A DNA stretch of 62,339 nucleotides from Actinomycetota bacterium (GTDB lineage: Bacteria; Actinomycetota; Actinomycetes; Actinomycetales; Microbacteriaceae): contig SXMH01000156.1 in assembly GCA_005777405.1 (NCBI GenBank), forward strand, positions 1-62,339. The letters are read 5' to 3'. The stretch's first letter is position 1. Each line of letters starts with the position of its first letter. Below, piece by piece: positions 38,252 through 47,384 of this stretch. A program made the translations under genes and the position numbers. The notes beneath the pieces are model-generated. The model saw only the letters and a list, made by a program, of their open reading frames with translations, searched no databases and was not told the DNA's origin.

Positions 38252-39051
38252 GCTCGTGCCCCTTCGGCAACCACGAGGTTCTCGACGCGGCCGAGCTGGT
38301 CGATCGACACGACCACGTGGTCGCCTGGTTCAAGGTAGACGGGGGGCGACATGCCATCGGCGACGCCGCTCGGAGTGCCCGTCAGAATGAGGTCTCCCGG
38401 GTGCAGCGTCACGGTCGACGAGATGAAGCTGACGATCTGCGCGACCGTGAAGATCATGTCGGCCGTTGTCGAATCTTGACGAGTCTCGCCATTCACCGTC
38501 GTGCTCAATCGCAACGACTGCGGGTCGGGGATCTCGTCGGCAGACACGACGTACTGACCCACCGGGCAGAACGTGTCGGCGCTCTTGCCTCGCACCCATC
38601 CGAAGGCGTCACCACGCTGCAGGTCGCGCGCCGACACGTCGTTCACCGTGATGTACCCGGCGACATGCTTCAGCGCATGGTCGACCGAGACCCCTCGGGC
38701 CGCTGTGCCGATGACCACGCCGAGCTCGACTTCATAGTCGAGCATCTCGGTCGCCGCCGGCTTCACGATCACGTCGCCCGAGGCTGCCAGCGACGTCGTC
38801 AACTTGGTGAAGAGTGCGGGCTGTTCGGGAACAGGAAGACCCGCCTCTTGGGCGTGCAGCAGGTAGTTGAGCCCCACGCACACGATATTGCGGGGCTGAA
38901 CTGGCGCCCCAAGCTCGACAGTCGAGGCATCGATAACGTCGTCGGTCGGCTCGAAGCCGCTCCAATCTCCTCGCAGAACTCGGATTCCCGACTCTTCCCA
39001 CGAGCCATGGCGCACGTCACCGCCGGCAGTAGTCCACGACACGATCTTCAT
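38248..39051 (-). CDS. Fumarylacetoacetate hydrolase family protein
   Basis: VGLNY, DYEVEL, NDVSARD, GKSADTFCP, GDLILTGTP. Confidence 0.93.
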   Translation of the reverse strand: MKIVSWTTAGGDVRHGSWEESGIRVLRGDWSGFEPTDDVIDASTVELGAPVQPRNIVCVGLNYLLHAQEAGLPVPEQPALFTKLTTSLAASGDVIVKPAATEMLDYEVELGVVIGTAARGVSVDHALKHVAGYITVNDVSARDLQRGDAFGWVRGKSADTFCPVGQYVVSADEIPDPQSLRLSTTVNGETRQDSTTADMIFTVAQIVSFISSTVTLHPGDLILTGTPSGVADGMSPPVYLEPGDHVVVSIDQLGRVENLVVAEGARA

Positions 39052-40268
39052 GAGGGGTTTCCTTTCAGAGTCGAACGCCGACGGCGAGTGCCCGGCGCTT
39101 CGATGGCTTCGGGGCGCAGCTCTACGCCGTGACCGGGAGCGTTCAGAGGCGACGCCTGCCCGTCGATGATGGGAGCGACGTCGACGGCGAGATCGCGGTA
39201 CCACGTGCGGTGATACGCGCGAACGCTCTCTTGCAGCGTCGCGTTGGCGAGGTGCACCGAGAGGTTGACTCCGACGGTGAACTGCACCGGACCGTTGCAG
39301 TCGTGCATGGTGACTGGCGTTTGGTAGGCCTCCGCCATCGCCGCGATGCGACGCACCTCTGAGATACCACCGACCCACACAGGGTCGGTCATCACCACAT
39401 CAAGAGCGCGCTGCTCGAGAATGTCGCGATACGACCACCGCGTGCCCAGGGTCTCCCCCGCTGTCGTCGGCACGCGCGTCGATCGACGGAAGTCGGCGAG
39501 CGCCCCCACGTCGTCCGGGCGAATCGGGTCTTCGATCCACGCGGGATTCACTTCCTCCAGCGCACGCGAGATGCGCTTCGCGCTCGGGAGATCCCACAGC
39601 GTGTGAAGGTCGACCATGATCTCGATGCGATTCCCCACGGCATCGCGGATGCTCCGGAAGAGGTCCATCGTGCGGTCGAGATCGGCGTGGCTGATGTAGT
39701 GGCCGTCGTGAGCGGCAACGTAGAGGTCGAAGGGCCACATCTTCATGCCCGTGATGCCTTCGGCGACGAGCTCTTTCGCGAGCGCCCCAGGATCATTGAG
39801 GAAGGCGTCCATGTCTTCGAGCGAGGTATCGCCCTGGCCGAGTTGCCAGTTGTTCGTCGATACCTCACCGGCGATCGGAATGTCGCGCGCGTAGAACGGA
39901 CCGGCACAGGTGTTGTAGACCGGGATGCTCTCGCGCACGGCGCCACCCAGAAGTTGCACGAGCGGAAGCCCCGACGCTTTGCCGAAGAGATCCCACAGGG
40001 CGATGTCGATGGCCGAGCGGCCGCGATTCTCGGTGCTCGAGCTATTCATGCCGACGAAACCCTTGAGCGATTGCCAGTGGCGTTCGATCTGGAGTGGGTC
40101 TTTGCCCAGAAGGTAGGGAGCGGCGTTTTCGTGCATCCACGCGGCAACCGCGTCGGCGCCGAGGAAGGTCTCGCCGAGACCGGTGATGCCCTCATCAGTC
40201 TCGATGAGGACGTGCACGAGGTTGGGATACGCGGCGAGCTGGATGGTTTCGAGGGCGGTGATCTTCAC
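39048..40268 (-). CDS. Enolase-superfamily (mandelate racemase-like) acid-sugar dehydratase
   Basis: GLGE, SAIDIALWD, KMWPFD, metal ligands VDLH / WIED / AGET, HDC. Confidence 0.92.
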   Translation of the reverse strand: MKITALETIQLAAYPNLVHVLIETDEGITGLGETFLGADAVAAWMHENAAPYLLGKDPLQIERHWQSLKGFVGMNSSSTENRGRSAIDIALWDLFGKASGLPLVQLLGGAVRESIPVYNTCAGPFYARDIPIAGEVSTNNWQLGQGDTSLEDMDAFLNDPGALAKELVAEGITGMKMWPFDLYVAAHDGHYISHADLDRTMDLFRSIRDAVGNRIEIMVDLHTLWDLPSAKRISRALEEVNPAWIEDPIRPDDVGALADFRRSTRVPTTAGETLGTRWSYRDILEQRALDVVMTDPVWVGGISEVRRIAAMAEAYQTPVTMHDCNGPVQFTVGVNLSVHLANATLQESVRAYHRTWYRDLAVDVAPIIDGQASPLNAPGHGVELRPEAIEAPGTRRRRSTLKGNPS

Positions 40269-41074
40269 GACTGACTCCTGGTCGAGCGAACGGGCGGAAG
40301 GTGGATGGGGACCGCAAGACCGGGCACGATGACGTGCAGGGCGGGCGAGGTGTACCGAACGACGTCGACGAAGTGCCCGACCGGCCCCGGGTTGCCCGCG
40401 AACATGTCGTAGTGCATCGGGATGACGATCGAGGCCCCCGACCTCGCAGCGAGGTCTGCCGCCTCTGACGCGCTCATGTTGCCCACGATGTCGAGGGCTT
40501 CTCGCACCGCGTCGCGACCGTTGATGGGCAGCAACACCGTGTCGACATTCGCACTCGCGAGTCGCCGTGCGAGCTCGGGGTAATCGAGGGCATCACCCGC
40601 GTGAAAGAGCACCCGCCCGCCGATCTCGATGATGTAGCCCAGATAGGGGTGATCACCGCGAGAATCGACACCGAAGCTGTAGGCGTCATGCATGTGCACG
40701 CCGTGCAACGCAGCAACCGGAGTGATGCTGACGTCGCCGATGGTGACCACGTCGCCATCGTGGGCCTCGACGATCTCGCGATCGGGCAGGCTGTGCCGCA
40801 CCCGCTCCGCGAGCGGAGCCGGCACGACCACTCGGGTGTGCGACTCGGGCATCGCGGCCAGAAGTGGTAGGTCGAGGTGGTCGGCGTGTTCGTGCGACAC
40901 GAGCACGGCATCCATCGATGCGAGTTCTTCGGCGTCGATCACAGCCGGCAGAAGCCGACCGGGGTAATCACTCGAAAACGGGTCGATGGCGATGCGAGTG
41001 GTGGCGGTCGAGATCTCGAACCCGGCTTGGCCGAGTCGCACAATCTCGATGCCGCCGTGACTCGGCGACGTCAT
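40265..41074 (-). CDS. MBL-fold hydrolase (UlaG-like lactonase)
   Basis: LGQAGF, SHEHADHLD, FHAGD, LPINGRD, IPMHYDMF. Confidence 0.88.
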   Translation of the reverse strand: MTSPSHGGIEIVRLGQAGFEISTATTRIAIDPFSSDYPGRLLPAVIDAEELASMDAVLVSHEHADHLDLPLLAAMPESHTRVVVPAPLAERVRHSLPDREIVEAHDGDVVTIGDVSITPVAALHGVHMHDAYSFGVDSRGDHPYLGYIIEIGGRVLFHAGDALDYPELARRLASANVDTVLLPINGRDAVREALDIVGNMSASEAADLAARSGASIVIPMHYDMFAGNPGPVGHFVDVVRYTSPALHVIVPGLAVPIHLPPVRSTRSQS

Positions 41075-43011
41075 GTCGTTCGCAACCAAACACGCATCGT
41101 CGACGGGCCGCGGCGCGACCACTCGTTGTAGGGCACGAGCGCGATGTCGCGATTCTCGCTGCGGCTCAGGTCTGACGCCTCGGGCGAATAGGGCCACGTG
41201 TTCGACTCGAGCTGCTCGATTCTCGCAGTCACCGACACCGTTCCATCTGCCGCGACTCGAGGCAGCTGCGTGTCATCGACCACCACCTGATCGACGTGGA
41301 TGCCCTCCGGAAGGTCAGGCGACTCGACACAGAACACGCGGGGCCCGCGCTCGACAGCGACCGCACCCCGAGCGGAGTCGATGCGCGGATCTCCGTAGAC
41401 GAATCGGGCCGGCATCGGCAAGTCGAGGGTGATCGTCTCGTCGACGAGTCCGACCTGCTCAACGACCGCCCAGCCAGGTTGCACGTTCGATACGGTTCCG
41501 TCGCCACGACGAAGCGTCGCACCCGCTGCCCACTGAGGAACACGCAAACGCAAGCGGAACCCTCCGTGCTCGTGCTGTGGAACGGTGACGATGACGCGAC
41601 CGTCTGCGGGGTACTCGGTCTCGATCGTGAGGGCAACATCACGCCCGTCGGGAAGCGTCGCGGCGATGCGCGCTGGGGAGTAGAGAGACACGGCGATGCC
41701 CTCGTCATCGCTCGTGGCGACGTAGCTGTCAAGCGTCGCGAACGTGCGTGACACGTTGGTCGGGCAGCACGACACTCTGAACCACGGCGCGCGTTCACCG
41801 AGGCCGACCTGCAGGCTCGAGTGCGACACATCAGTGTGGTCGGGAAACGAGCGCTGGTGCAGGGTGTTCACGTAGAAGAACGCCTTGCCGTCGGGCGCGG
41901 GTGAGGTCGCGATGACGTTGTAGAGCGTGCGCTCCATGAGGTCGCCATACGCGGCGTCGTCGGTCGCCAGCAAGAGCCTCCACCCCAACATGAACGCTCC
42001 CACTGCGGCACACGTCTCTGAGTAGGCACGATCAGCAGGAAGCTCGTAGTCGAGCCCGAACGCCTCGTCTTGAAAGTGCGAGCCCATGCCACCCGTGATG
42101 TAGGTGCGTCGACCGAGCGTGCGATCGAGCTGCCGACGAATGATGTCGACGAGTTCTGCATCAGAGCGATCGATGGCGAGGTCGACCGCGGCGGCCGCCA
42201 AGTACGTTGCCCGCACGGAGTGCCCGCGAAAGACGGTGGCGTCGCGCAGTGGCACATCGTCTTGAAAGTACGAACGACCGAATTCGATGTCGTCGAGCAC
42301 GTGATGCCCTCGCCGCTCGAGAAAAAGCTCGGCCTGTCGGCGATAGCGTTCGTTGCCGGTCACGCGGGCCCACTCGATCAATCCCAGTTCGATCTCGGGG
42401 TGGCCGCACACCGATTCGATCGCTCCTTCGCCGAAGGTCTCGCAGATGTGGTCGGCCACTTTGGTGGCGATGTCGGCCAGTTGGTCAGGCCCGTGGGTGC
42501 GATAGCGAGCGACTGCCGCCTGCAGCAGATGGCCGTAGTTGTAGAGCTCGCTGCCCCACTCGAGGTCGGCGTAGCGCGCAGCCTGGCCAGGTCGACCGAA
42601 GTTGGTGTTGATGTAGCCATCAGGCTCTTGGGCTCGGCCGATGATTCCGATGAGGCGCTGGATGCTCGACTCAAGCTTTTCGGTGGGCCGACGCCCGTTC
42701 TCCCAACTCATCGCCTCGACGAGCTTGTAGACATCGGAGTCGGTGAACTCGCGGCCGCGCCGAGCTTCGGGCAGGGAGCCCTCGGCAGCGGCGATGAGGT
42801 TCTCGACCCACCCCTCTTTCTCCATCCACTCTGCACAGTGGTGCACGATCGACTCAGCGTTCACGCGCTGCCACTGACCCCAGTAGCCGTGCTCGCCGAG
42901 GCTCACGTCGTCCATCGACAGGGGTCGCACGGCACCTTCGACGCCGGCCGGAAGCCGGCGGAGGGCAAGCCCGGAATCTAGGGGTGCGGTGAGGTCACTT
43001 GACAGCGCCAA
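41071..43011 (-). CDS. GH127 glycoside hydrolase (beta-L-arabinofuranosidase family)
   Basis: DSDVYK, ELYNYGH, GHPEIE, GHSVRA, EAFG, YSETCA, SCCPTN; AAGGAAGGA before TTG. Confidence 0.93.
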   Translation of the reverse strand: MALSSDLTAPLDSGLALRRLPAGVEGAVRPLSMDDVSLGEHGYWGQWQRVNAESIVHHCAEWMEKEGWVENLIAAAEGSLPEARRGREFTDSDVYKLVEAMSWENGRRPTEKLESSIQRLIGIIGRAQEPDGYINTNFGRPGQAARYADLEWGSELYNYGHLLQAAVARYRTHGPDQLADIATKVADHICETFGEGAIESVCGHPEIELGLIEWARVTGNERYRRQAELFLERRGHHVLDDIEFGRSYFQDDVPLRDATVFRGHSVRATYLAAAAVDLAIDRSDAELVDIIRRQLDRTLGRRTYITGGMGSHFQDEAFGLDYELPADRAYSETCAAVGAFMLGWRLLLATDDAAYGDLMERTLYNVIATSPAPDGKAFFYVNTLHQRSFPDHTDVSHSSLQVGLGERAPWFRVSCCPTNVSRTFATLDSYVATSDDEGIAVSLYSPARIAATLPDGRDVALTIETEYPADGRVIVTVPQHEHGGFRLRLRVPQWAAGATLRRGDGTVSNVQPGWAVVEQVGLVDETITLDLPMPARFVYGDPRIDSARGAVAVERGPRVFCVESPDLPEGIHVDQVVVDDTQLPRVAADGTVSVTARIEQLESNTWPYSPEASDLSRSENRDIALVPYNEWSRRGPSTMRVWLRTT

Positions 43012-43843
43012 GAGTCAGTCCTTCCTTGAGGAATCGGTAGGTGAAGCTGAAGAGCACAAGAATCGGAATCGAGGTGATGACGGCGAGCGCCATGAGTCCG
43101 GGCCAGTTGATGCCATAAGCCGACACCTGCTGAGCGAGCAGTGCACTCAAGGGGTAGTTGCCGGGGCTCAAGAAGAAGTTGACGGCGTAGAGAAACTCAC
43201 CCCACGAGATGAGAAAGATGAGCGTCGCGGTCGTGGCGAGCCCGTTACTGATGAGCGGCACCAAGATCGAACGGAACGTTCGCCACGTCGACGCCCCGTC
43301 AATCGACGCCGCCTCCTCCAAGGTCTCTGGCACCGAACGGAAGAACGGTCTGAGCAAGAGCACCGCAAAGGGAGTCAACAGCGCCGTGTCGGCAAGAATC
43401 ACGGCGATCGTTTGATCGAGGATGCGCCACTCTCCGAACACCTGGAAGAGCGGGATCACCATGGAGGTCTGCGGCATGATCTGCAGCACGATGAGACCCG
43501 TGAGAAGCGCGGTGCTCCAGCCGCCCTGCACTCTGGCGAGAAAGTAGGCGGCCGGCACGGCGAGCACGAGGGTCAGCACCGTTGTGGCGCTGGCAATCGT
43601 GAGGGACTGCAGCGCCGCATCGAGCAGGCCGCCGTTCGAGAGCGCCGCGACGTAGGCGTCGAGGGTGGGCTCGAAGAAGAACGCGGCATCGCGCGAGAGC
43701 ACGTCGCCTGGTTGCTTCAGCGAGGTGGTGAGAATCCAGACGATCGGGATGCCGTACGCAAGGAACAGCAGAAACCTCATCGTTGACGCGACCGGGGTGG
43801 AGGGCATCCACCGCGAGGGCCGCCGAGTCGTGGCCGTGGTCAT
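42995..43843 (-). CDS. Carbohydrate ABC transporter permease
   Basis: EEAASIDGAS loop; 6 TM. Confidence 0.93.
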   Translation of the reverse strand: MTTATTRRPSRWMPSTPVASTMRFLLFLAYGIPIVWILTTSLKQPGDVLSRDAAFFFEPTLDAYVAALSNGGLLDAALQSLTIASATTVLTLVLAVPAAYFLARVQGGWSTALLTGLIVLQIMPQTSMVIPLFQVFGEWRILDQTIAVILADTALLTPFAVLLLRPFFRSVPETLEEAASIDGASTWRTFRSILVPLISNGLATTATLIFLISWGEFLYAVNFFLSPGNYPLSALLAQQVSAYGINWPGLMALAVITSIPILVLFSFTYRFLKEGLTLGAVK

Positions 43844-44757
43844 GCTGCCTCCTCCTTTCGAACGTTCCGGGCGTAGGCGATCGCGAGCACGATGACGAGC
43901 GCCCCCGCGACGATCGAGGTCGCCGCGCCGAGCCCGAAGTCGTAGCGCACGAAGGCCTGCAAGTAGGCGAGGAAGGGCAAGGTCACCGTCGAGGTGCCCG
44001 GCCCGCCGTAGGTCATGACGTAGATGAAGTCGAAGCTGCGGAACGCGTAGACGACGGTGAGCACGCTCAGCACGACTGCTGTCGCCCGCACGCTCGGCAC
44101 GAGAATGTGCACGATCTCTTGCCAGGCGCTCGCGCCGTCGAGCTTGGCCGCCTCGATCACCTCGGGTGGAATGCCCATGAGCGCTGCCCTGAAGACCAGC
44201 GCATTGAAGGGCACGACCGCCCAGGAATTGACGAGCGCGACAGAAATCAACGAGAGGTGCTGGTCGTACAAGAACGGGATGGCCGTGTCAGTCAGCCCGA
44301 CGGTGCGAGCGAGTTCGTTGAAGAGGCCGGCATCGCCGAGCAGAAACTTCCAGACGCTTCCGTTGACGACCGGAGGCAAGGCCCAGACGAAGACCATGAG
44401 AGCCAGGAGAAAGCCTGAGGACCCCCGCCGACCTCGCAAGGCGAGCGCGGCCGCGAGACCCCCGATCATTCCGACCGTGAACACGATGGTCACGAAGATC
44501 AGGGTGCGCAGGAGTGCCGCGCCCGTGTCGCCCGACTCGATGCCGCGCATGAGGTTGTCGAGGCCGGTGAACTCCCACGGGTCGCGCAGAGTGCGAGAGC
44601 TCACGGCGCTGACGCTCATCCGCACCAGTTGCACGAGCGGGTAAGCCGAGAGCACTGCGAGGAAGATCGCCGCGGGAAGAATGTAGGGCCAACGCGCCGC
44701 CCGCCCTCGTCGAGAAGTGCGACCTGTGGCCGTCGTGCTCAGTGCACGTGTGGACAT
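43840..44757 (-). CDS. Carbohydrate ABC transporter permease
   Basis: EAAKLDGAS, FDFIYVMTYGGP. Confidence 0.93.
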   Translation of the reverse strand: MSTRALSTTATGRTSRRGRAARWPYILPAAIFLAVLSAYPLVQLVRMSVSAVSSRTLRDPWEFTGLDNLMRGIESGDTGAALLRTLIFVTIVFTVGMIGGLAAALALRGRRGSSGFLLALMVFVWALPPVVNGSVWKFLLGDAGLFNELARTVGLTDTAIPFLYDQHLSLISVALVNSWAVVPFNALVFRAALMGIPPEVIEAAKLDGASAWQEIVHILVPSVRATAVVLSVLTVVYAFRSFDFIYVMTYGGPGTSTVTLPFLAYLQAFVRYDFGLGAATSIVAGALVIVLAIAYARNVRKEEAA

Positions 44758-44830
44758 GGGGTCGTCTCCTTCGTCGACGGGGCGGGCGGTGCTGGTTGGT
44801 GCGAACTGTTACTGGTGGTGCTGATTGCGC

Positions 44831-46075
44831 TTAGCGCAGGAAGGGCTGCACGCCCTCGATGAGTTGCGCTGCAGCGTCTGCCGGCGACAACTGGCCCGAG
44901 ATCACGCTGCTCCACATCTGGCCGCCGAGCAGTTGCAGGTCGGAGACGCTCTCAGGAAGCGCGTTCGCGGGCGGGTAGTTCGCGCCGTTGCGGGCAACGC
45001 TCTCGGCGAAACCTGCCAGCAGCGGGTTGCCCGTCACACCCTCGTCTTCAGCGACATCGAGTCGCGACGGGATCGTTCCCGAACCCTCGAGCGACGCGAG
45101 TTGACCCTCAGCGCTGTAGAAGGTCTCCGAGAGGTACTCCCACGCGAGGTCGGGGTTCTCGCTGAAGGCACCGATGCCTTCAGCCTCACCGCCGAGGTAG
45201 ACCTGGCCACCGTCACCGATCGGCAGCGCGGCGACACCGTATTCGAACTCGGCCGTGCTGGCCGCGGTGCCCTGCTGCCAGTTGCCGTTCTCAGCGAAGG
45301 CGACGCCACCGGCGGCGAAACGCTGGAACGGAACCGTCTGATCCCACGTCGCCGACTCGCCAGAGAGGTAGCCAGCGTCGACCCACGACTTGACGAGCTC
45401 GTAGCCCGCGGTCAGACCCGCTTCGTCGAGGTTGTCCCAGGTGAATCCGCTTGCTGACAGCCACGGGTAAGCCTGCCACTCGCCCTGACCCTGTGAGAGA
45501 CCCGACAGCGTGATGCCTTCGTAGCCGGCCTGCTTGGCCGCTTCCATCGCCGCGGTGAGCTCATCGACCGTCGTCGGCACCTCGACACCGATCTCAGTGA
45601 GGATGTCCTGGTTGTACCAGAGGCCGAGCAGGTTGACGTAGCCCTGCGCCATGTAGACCTCGCCGTCGATGCGGTGCACGACACCGTCGGGGAACTGGCC
45701 CGCGTCAGCGAACGAGTCCCAGTACTCGGTCATGGGCGCGAGCGTGCCGGCGAGCGCGAGCGTCGACGCCTCGCCACCGTTGAAGACGACGACGTCGGGG
45801 CCCGTGGCCGAGCCGACACCGGCGATGAGCTTCGAGGTGTACTGGTCGTACGGCACGAAAACGTTCTCGACGTCGACGTCGGGGTGCGAGGCCTCGAACA
45901 TCTCCTCGTATGCGGTCATGACGCCGACCTGGGTGTCTTCAGAGAAGTAGTGCCACACGGTCAGGGTGGTGCTGTCGCTTTCGCCCTGGTCGGTAGCGCA
46001 ACCGGCAAGCAGCAAGGCACTGGCCGGCAGAAGGGCCAGGAACCGCAAGCGGGAGGTGCGCGGAGTGTGTTCCAT
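44831..46075 (-). CDS. Sugar ABC transporter solute-binding lipoprotein
   Basis: Lipobox LAGC, LTVWHYF, GPDV, LWYN. Confidence 0.92.
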   Translation of the reverse strand: MEHTPRTSRLRFLALLPASALLLAGCATDQGESDSTTLTVWHYFSEDTQVGVMTAYEEMFEASHPDVDVENVFVPYDQYTSKLIAGVGSATGPDVVVFNGGEASTLALAGTLAPMTEYWDSFADAGQFPDGVVHRIDGEVYMAQGYVNLLGLWYNQDILTEIGVEVPTTVDELTAAMEAAKQAGYEGITLSGLSQGQGEWQAYPWLSASGFTWDNLDEAGLTAGYELVKSWVDAGYLSGESATWDQTVPFQRFAAGGVAFAENGNWQQGTAASTAEFEYGVAALPIGDGGQVYLGGEAEGIGAFSENPDLAWEYLSETFYSAEGQLASLEGSGTIPSRLDVAEDEGVTGNPLLAGFAESVARNGANYPPANALPESVSDLQLLGGQMWSSVISGQLSPADAAAQLIEGVQPFLR

Positions 46076-46170
46076 TGCGGACTTCCAATCTTCGTTGATG
46101 TGGATGCTCCGACAGCACGCCTCGGCTGCCGGACCGGTTCACGCGACTTCTCGTCAGTTCTGGAAACTTC

Positions 46171-46256
46171 TGGAAACGCGTTTCCACGAAAGTAGCGCCA
46201 CACCAAGTGGGGTGTCAAGCGAGATTGCGGAGAGTTTTGGAAACTTGGTTTCCAAA
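46171..46256 (-). promoter_or_regulatory. Promoter flanked by two LacI-type operators
   Basis: TGGAAACGCGTTTCCA (46171-46186) and TTTGGAAAC-TTG-GTTTCCAAA (46236-46256); minus strand TTGACA-N18-TACTTT between them. Confidence 0.8.
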
Positions 46257-46261
46257 GCTCG

Positions 46262-47305
46262 TCACGCCAGAGTCGACTCCCGAGGAACGACAGTGCTGTC
46301 GATGTAGTGAAGGCCCGGCTCGGGCGAGCCCGACATTGCCGCGAACAAGAGTTGGGCCGCCTTGCCGCCTAGGCGCTGATAGTTGGCGTCGATCGACGAG
46401 AGCGGTGGGCGCGCGGCCAAGACCAGCGTCTCCCAGTTGTCGTGCCCGAGCACGGCGACATCGCCGGGCACCGACTTGCCCTGTTCGCGCAGCGCATCGA
46501 CAACTCCACGCGCAATCTGGTCGTTGCCGCACATGATCGCATCGACGTCGGGGCGCTTGGCCAGAATCTGCCGTGCGGCTTGCAAACCCCACGTCTCCGT
46601 CCAGGCGTTGAGCATGGGAGGTACGACAAGCTCGAGCCCGCGCTCGCTAAGAAGTGACGTGACCCCCTCCGCTCGGCGGTGAGCGCCGGGGTACGACGGG
46701 TCACCACCGATGTACGCGATGCGTCGCCGACCGATCGAGAGCAAGTGGTCAGCGCCCGCACGCCCGGCTTGCACGTCATCGGGAACGACAGACGTATCGT
46801 CGGGGTTCATCGATGGCCCCGAGGCATAGACCACCGGCACCGGCAGATCGCCGAGTGAGGCTCGCGGCGCGGCGCGATCGCCGACGACGATGAGGCCGTC
46901 GACGCGTCTCGCGAGCAATGCTTCGAGGTGGTACTGCTCGCGAATCGCGTCGCCTCGGGCGTCGCACAGAAAGACCGAGAGCTTTCCGGCACCGAGCGCG
47001 TCTTCTGCGCCCATGAGAATCGGCAGGCAGAACCGACCTTCCAGATCGTGCGTGAGAAGGCCGACCGTTCCGGTGCGACCCTCCATGAGGCTCAGCGCCT
47101 GCAGGTTGGGTCGGTACCCGAGTTGCCGCGCCGCTGACTCGACCTGCTCTCGCGTGTCAGTCGCGATACCTGCCCGGCCGTTGAGCACCTTCGACACGGT
47201 GCCCTTCGAGACGCCCGCCAACCGTGCCACGTCGTTGACGGTCGGCAGTCGACGGGCTCCCGACTCTGCCGCACGCGCGCGAGGGGCACCGGCGTCTGTG
47301 GTCAT
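46262..47305 (-). CDS. LacI family regulator
   Basis: TVNDVARLAGVSKGTVSKVLN, LGYRPN, NDQIA, GHDN. Confidence 0.95.
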   Translation of the reverse strand: MTTDAGAPRARAAESGARRLPTVNDVARLAGVSKGTVSKVLNGRAGIATDTREQVESAARQLGYRPNLQALSLMEGRTGTVGLLTHDLEGRFCLPILMGAEDALGAGKLSVFLCDARGDAIREQYHLEALLARRVDGLIVVGDRAAPRASLGDLPVPVVYASGPSMNPDDTSVVPDDVQAGRAGADHLLSIGRRRIAYIGGDPSYPGAHRRAEGVTSLLSERGLELVVPPMLNAWTETWGLQAARQILAKRPDVDAIMCGNDQIARGVVDALREQGKSVPGDVAVLGHDNWETLVLAARPPLSSIDANYQRLGGKAAQLLFAAMSGSPEPGLHYIDSTVVPRESTLA

Positions 47306-47384
47306 AGCGGACAGTCTCGCACGCAGCACGCGATGGGGTGACGAGGTCGAGACCCGTACTTCTGCGGGCTCTGTGCGCGCTGTC

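Noticed and set aside
42978-42998. Frameshift at the GH127 start (a GTGA-coupled start would be out of frame)
   Set aside because: In-frame TTG at 43011 has a strong SD (AAGGAAGGA); no lesion is needed.
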